DNA from: Ascidiella aspersa
Taxonomy: Eukaryota
DNA: 64,000 nucleotides
NCBI GenBank assembly: GCA_963924565.1
Contig: OZ004609.1
Span: 24,552,001-24,616,000 of the forward strand
Direction of reading: 5' to 3'
Shown here: positions 62,737 through 64,000 of the stretch, in pieces
Layout of the letters: each line of letters begins with the position of its first letter
How positions within the stretch are numbered: the first letter of the stretch is position 1
The notes under the pieces: generated by a model
What the model was told of the DNA's origin: nothing
What the model saw: the letters and a program-made list of their open reading frames with translations, nothing else
Database searches by the model: none
Made by a program: the position numbers and the translations under genes

Positions 62737-64000
62737 CTAAAAGTTTGCAAGATGAAAAACATGCCATACCAAACAACTTTTTTTATAAACATCAATACGT
62801 AAACATTGTTTAGACTTTGGAACGTGGTCCATTGTTGTTTTTCTTTTATTGTTTGTCTAGATTCTAGAAAATATATATATATTTTCGCCTATAGTTGCAA
62901 TTATATTTCCCTGATAGGTAATAGAAACGTTGGCACTTAAATTTTTGCCGGAAAAACAGTGTAACAACTTAAACAATGCCTGGCAGCAACAGCATATTAA
63001 TTTAAAGATTGTTTTAAAACGGAAATACGTCGATTAACTATACTTCCAATGCGATTTTAGAGATATACCAGGTATTACAGTTAATAAAAGAAAAACCCAA
63101 ATATGCGGTTTATTGACAGCATCTGCAAACGATGGCATTATTGCCACCCTAGCAGCAGAATGTAGCCAATGAAAGCCAACGGGAAACCAGTTCCAAGCGC
63201 TAACTGGAAATACCCGACAGTTGGGTTACGCTTAGATTGTTGACCGTAATCATTGGGTGGATTAGGGGTCAGCAGACGGGGTAAGGTTAGGCGGTGCGTA
63301 AGGTAGCTATAGGGTCGAAGCGGTTACGAAAAAAACGGTGTTGTTTCGGGAAAAACAGTTAATATGGTAAGTGTTGACATTCACATAGGTAAACACCAAA
63401 CAGAAATACGATCTCCTCGCGTCCTTTACATTGAAACAATAAAGCAATTCCATGTTGAAGTTTGCTACAGTCTACTGGCTCGAACAAATAAACAGCGTAC
63501 CGTACACGTATACTCGATCTCGAGATTCTATCTTAATCAGATAAGAGGAGAAAAATGCAGGAGCTACGCTTTAACAGCCTCTAAATTGTAGGTGGTAGAT
63601 CTTTCACATGGGCAACAGAACGCTAGTCCCACGCTAAACCAACTACACTGCATTTTGCTTGAATATACAGTAATGTGGTGACAGAGCACATGACCTAATC
63701 TAAAATAAACGGCACCGTCATGTCAGACAACAATTTGTTGTTATTGAAAGTAACCAAGGGTCATTCTATAACGAACAACATCGGAAAACTAATCTTTAAT
63801 ATACTCTGCCATACAAACAACGAAAAATTCAATTTTACTGATTTTCAACAGTTACAATTCGTCAAAAGTATGTCGATTTTTGATATAATACCAGTCCTGC
63901 ATTTTGCGTATAAAATCAACAAGGATTTTGGTGAGAATGTCTCTGCGGTCTCAGGCTTTAAGGCCCAATGCCAGTTAACCGACCACTGGACGAGCGTTTA

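Overview
This window is eukaryotic, intron-containing DNA, so most of the supplied ORF track is noise or partial exons. It is most likely a tunicate (ascidian), inferred from the GnRH-receptor motifs. Three protein-coding genes can be rebuilt from splice sites and reading phase. (1) The 5' part of a conventional beta-spectrin gene lies on the minus strand and runs off the left edge. It has three actin-binding-domain exons, two alternative N-terminal exons that mirror the two vertebrate SPTBN1 N-termini, and a chain of extra in-frame upstream exons. (2) A GnRH-receptor-family GPCR lies on the plus strand (36787-54892). No exon for the ICL3/TM6 core can be found, although TM1-5, ECL3 and TM7 look intact, and there are two candidate alternative C-terminal exons. 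(3) The 3' part of a PEAK1/Pragmin/PEAK3-family pseudokinase lies on the minus strand (59269-62736), convergent with the receptor. Introns and the roughly 20 kb spacer hold several hAT-type MITEs (two with perfect 8-bp TSDs), a foldback-like repeat in two copies, a perfect 42-bp palindrome and a (CA)34 microsatellite. All coordinates were read by hand. Homology statements come from recalled family motifs, not database searches.
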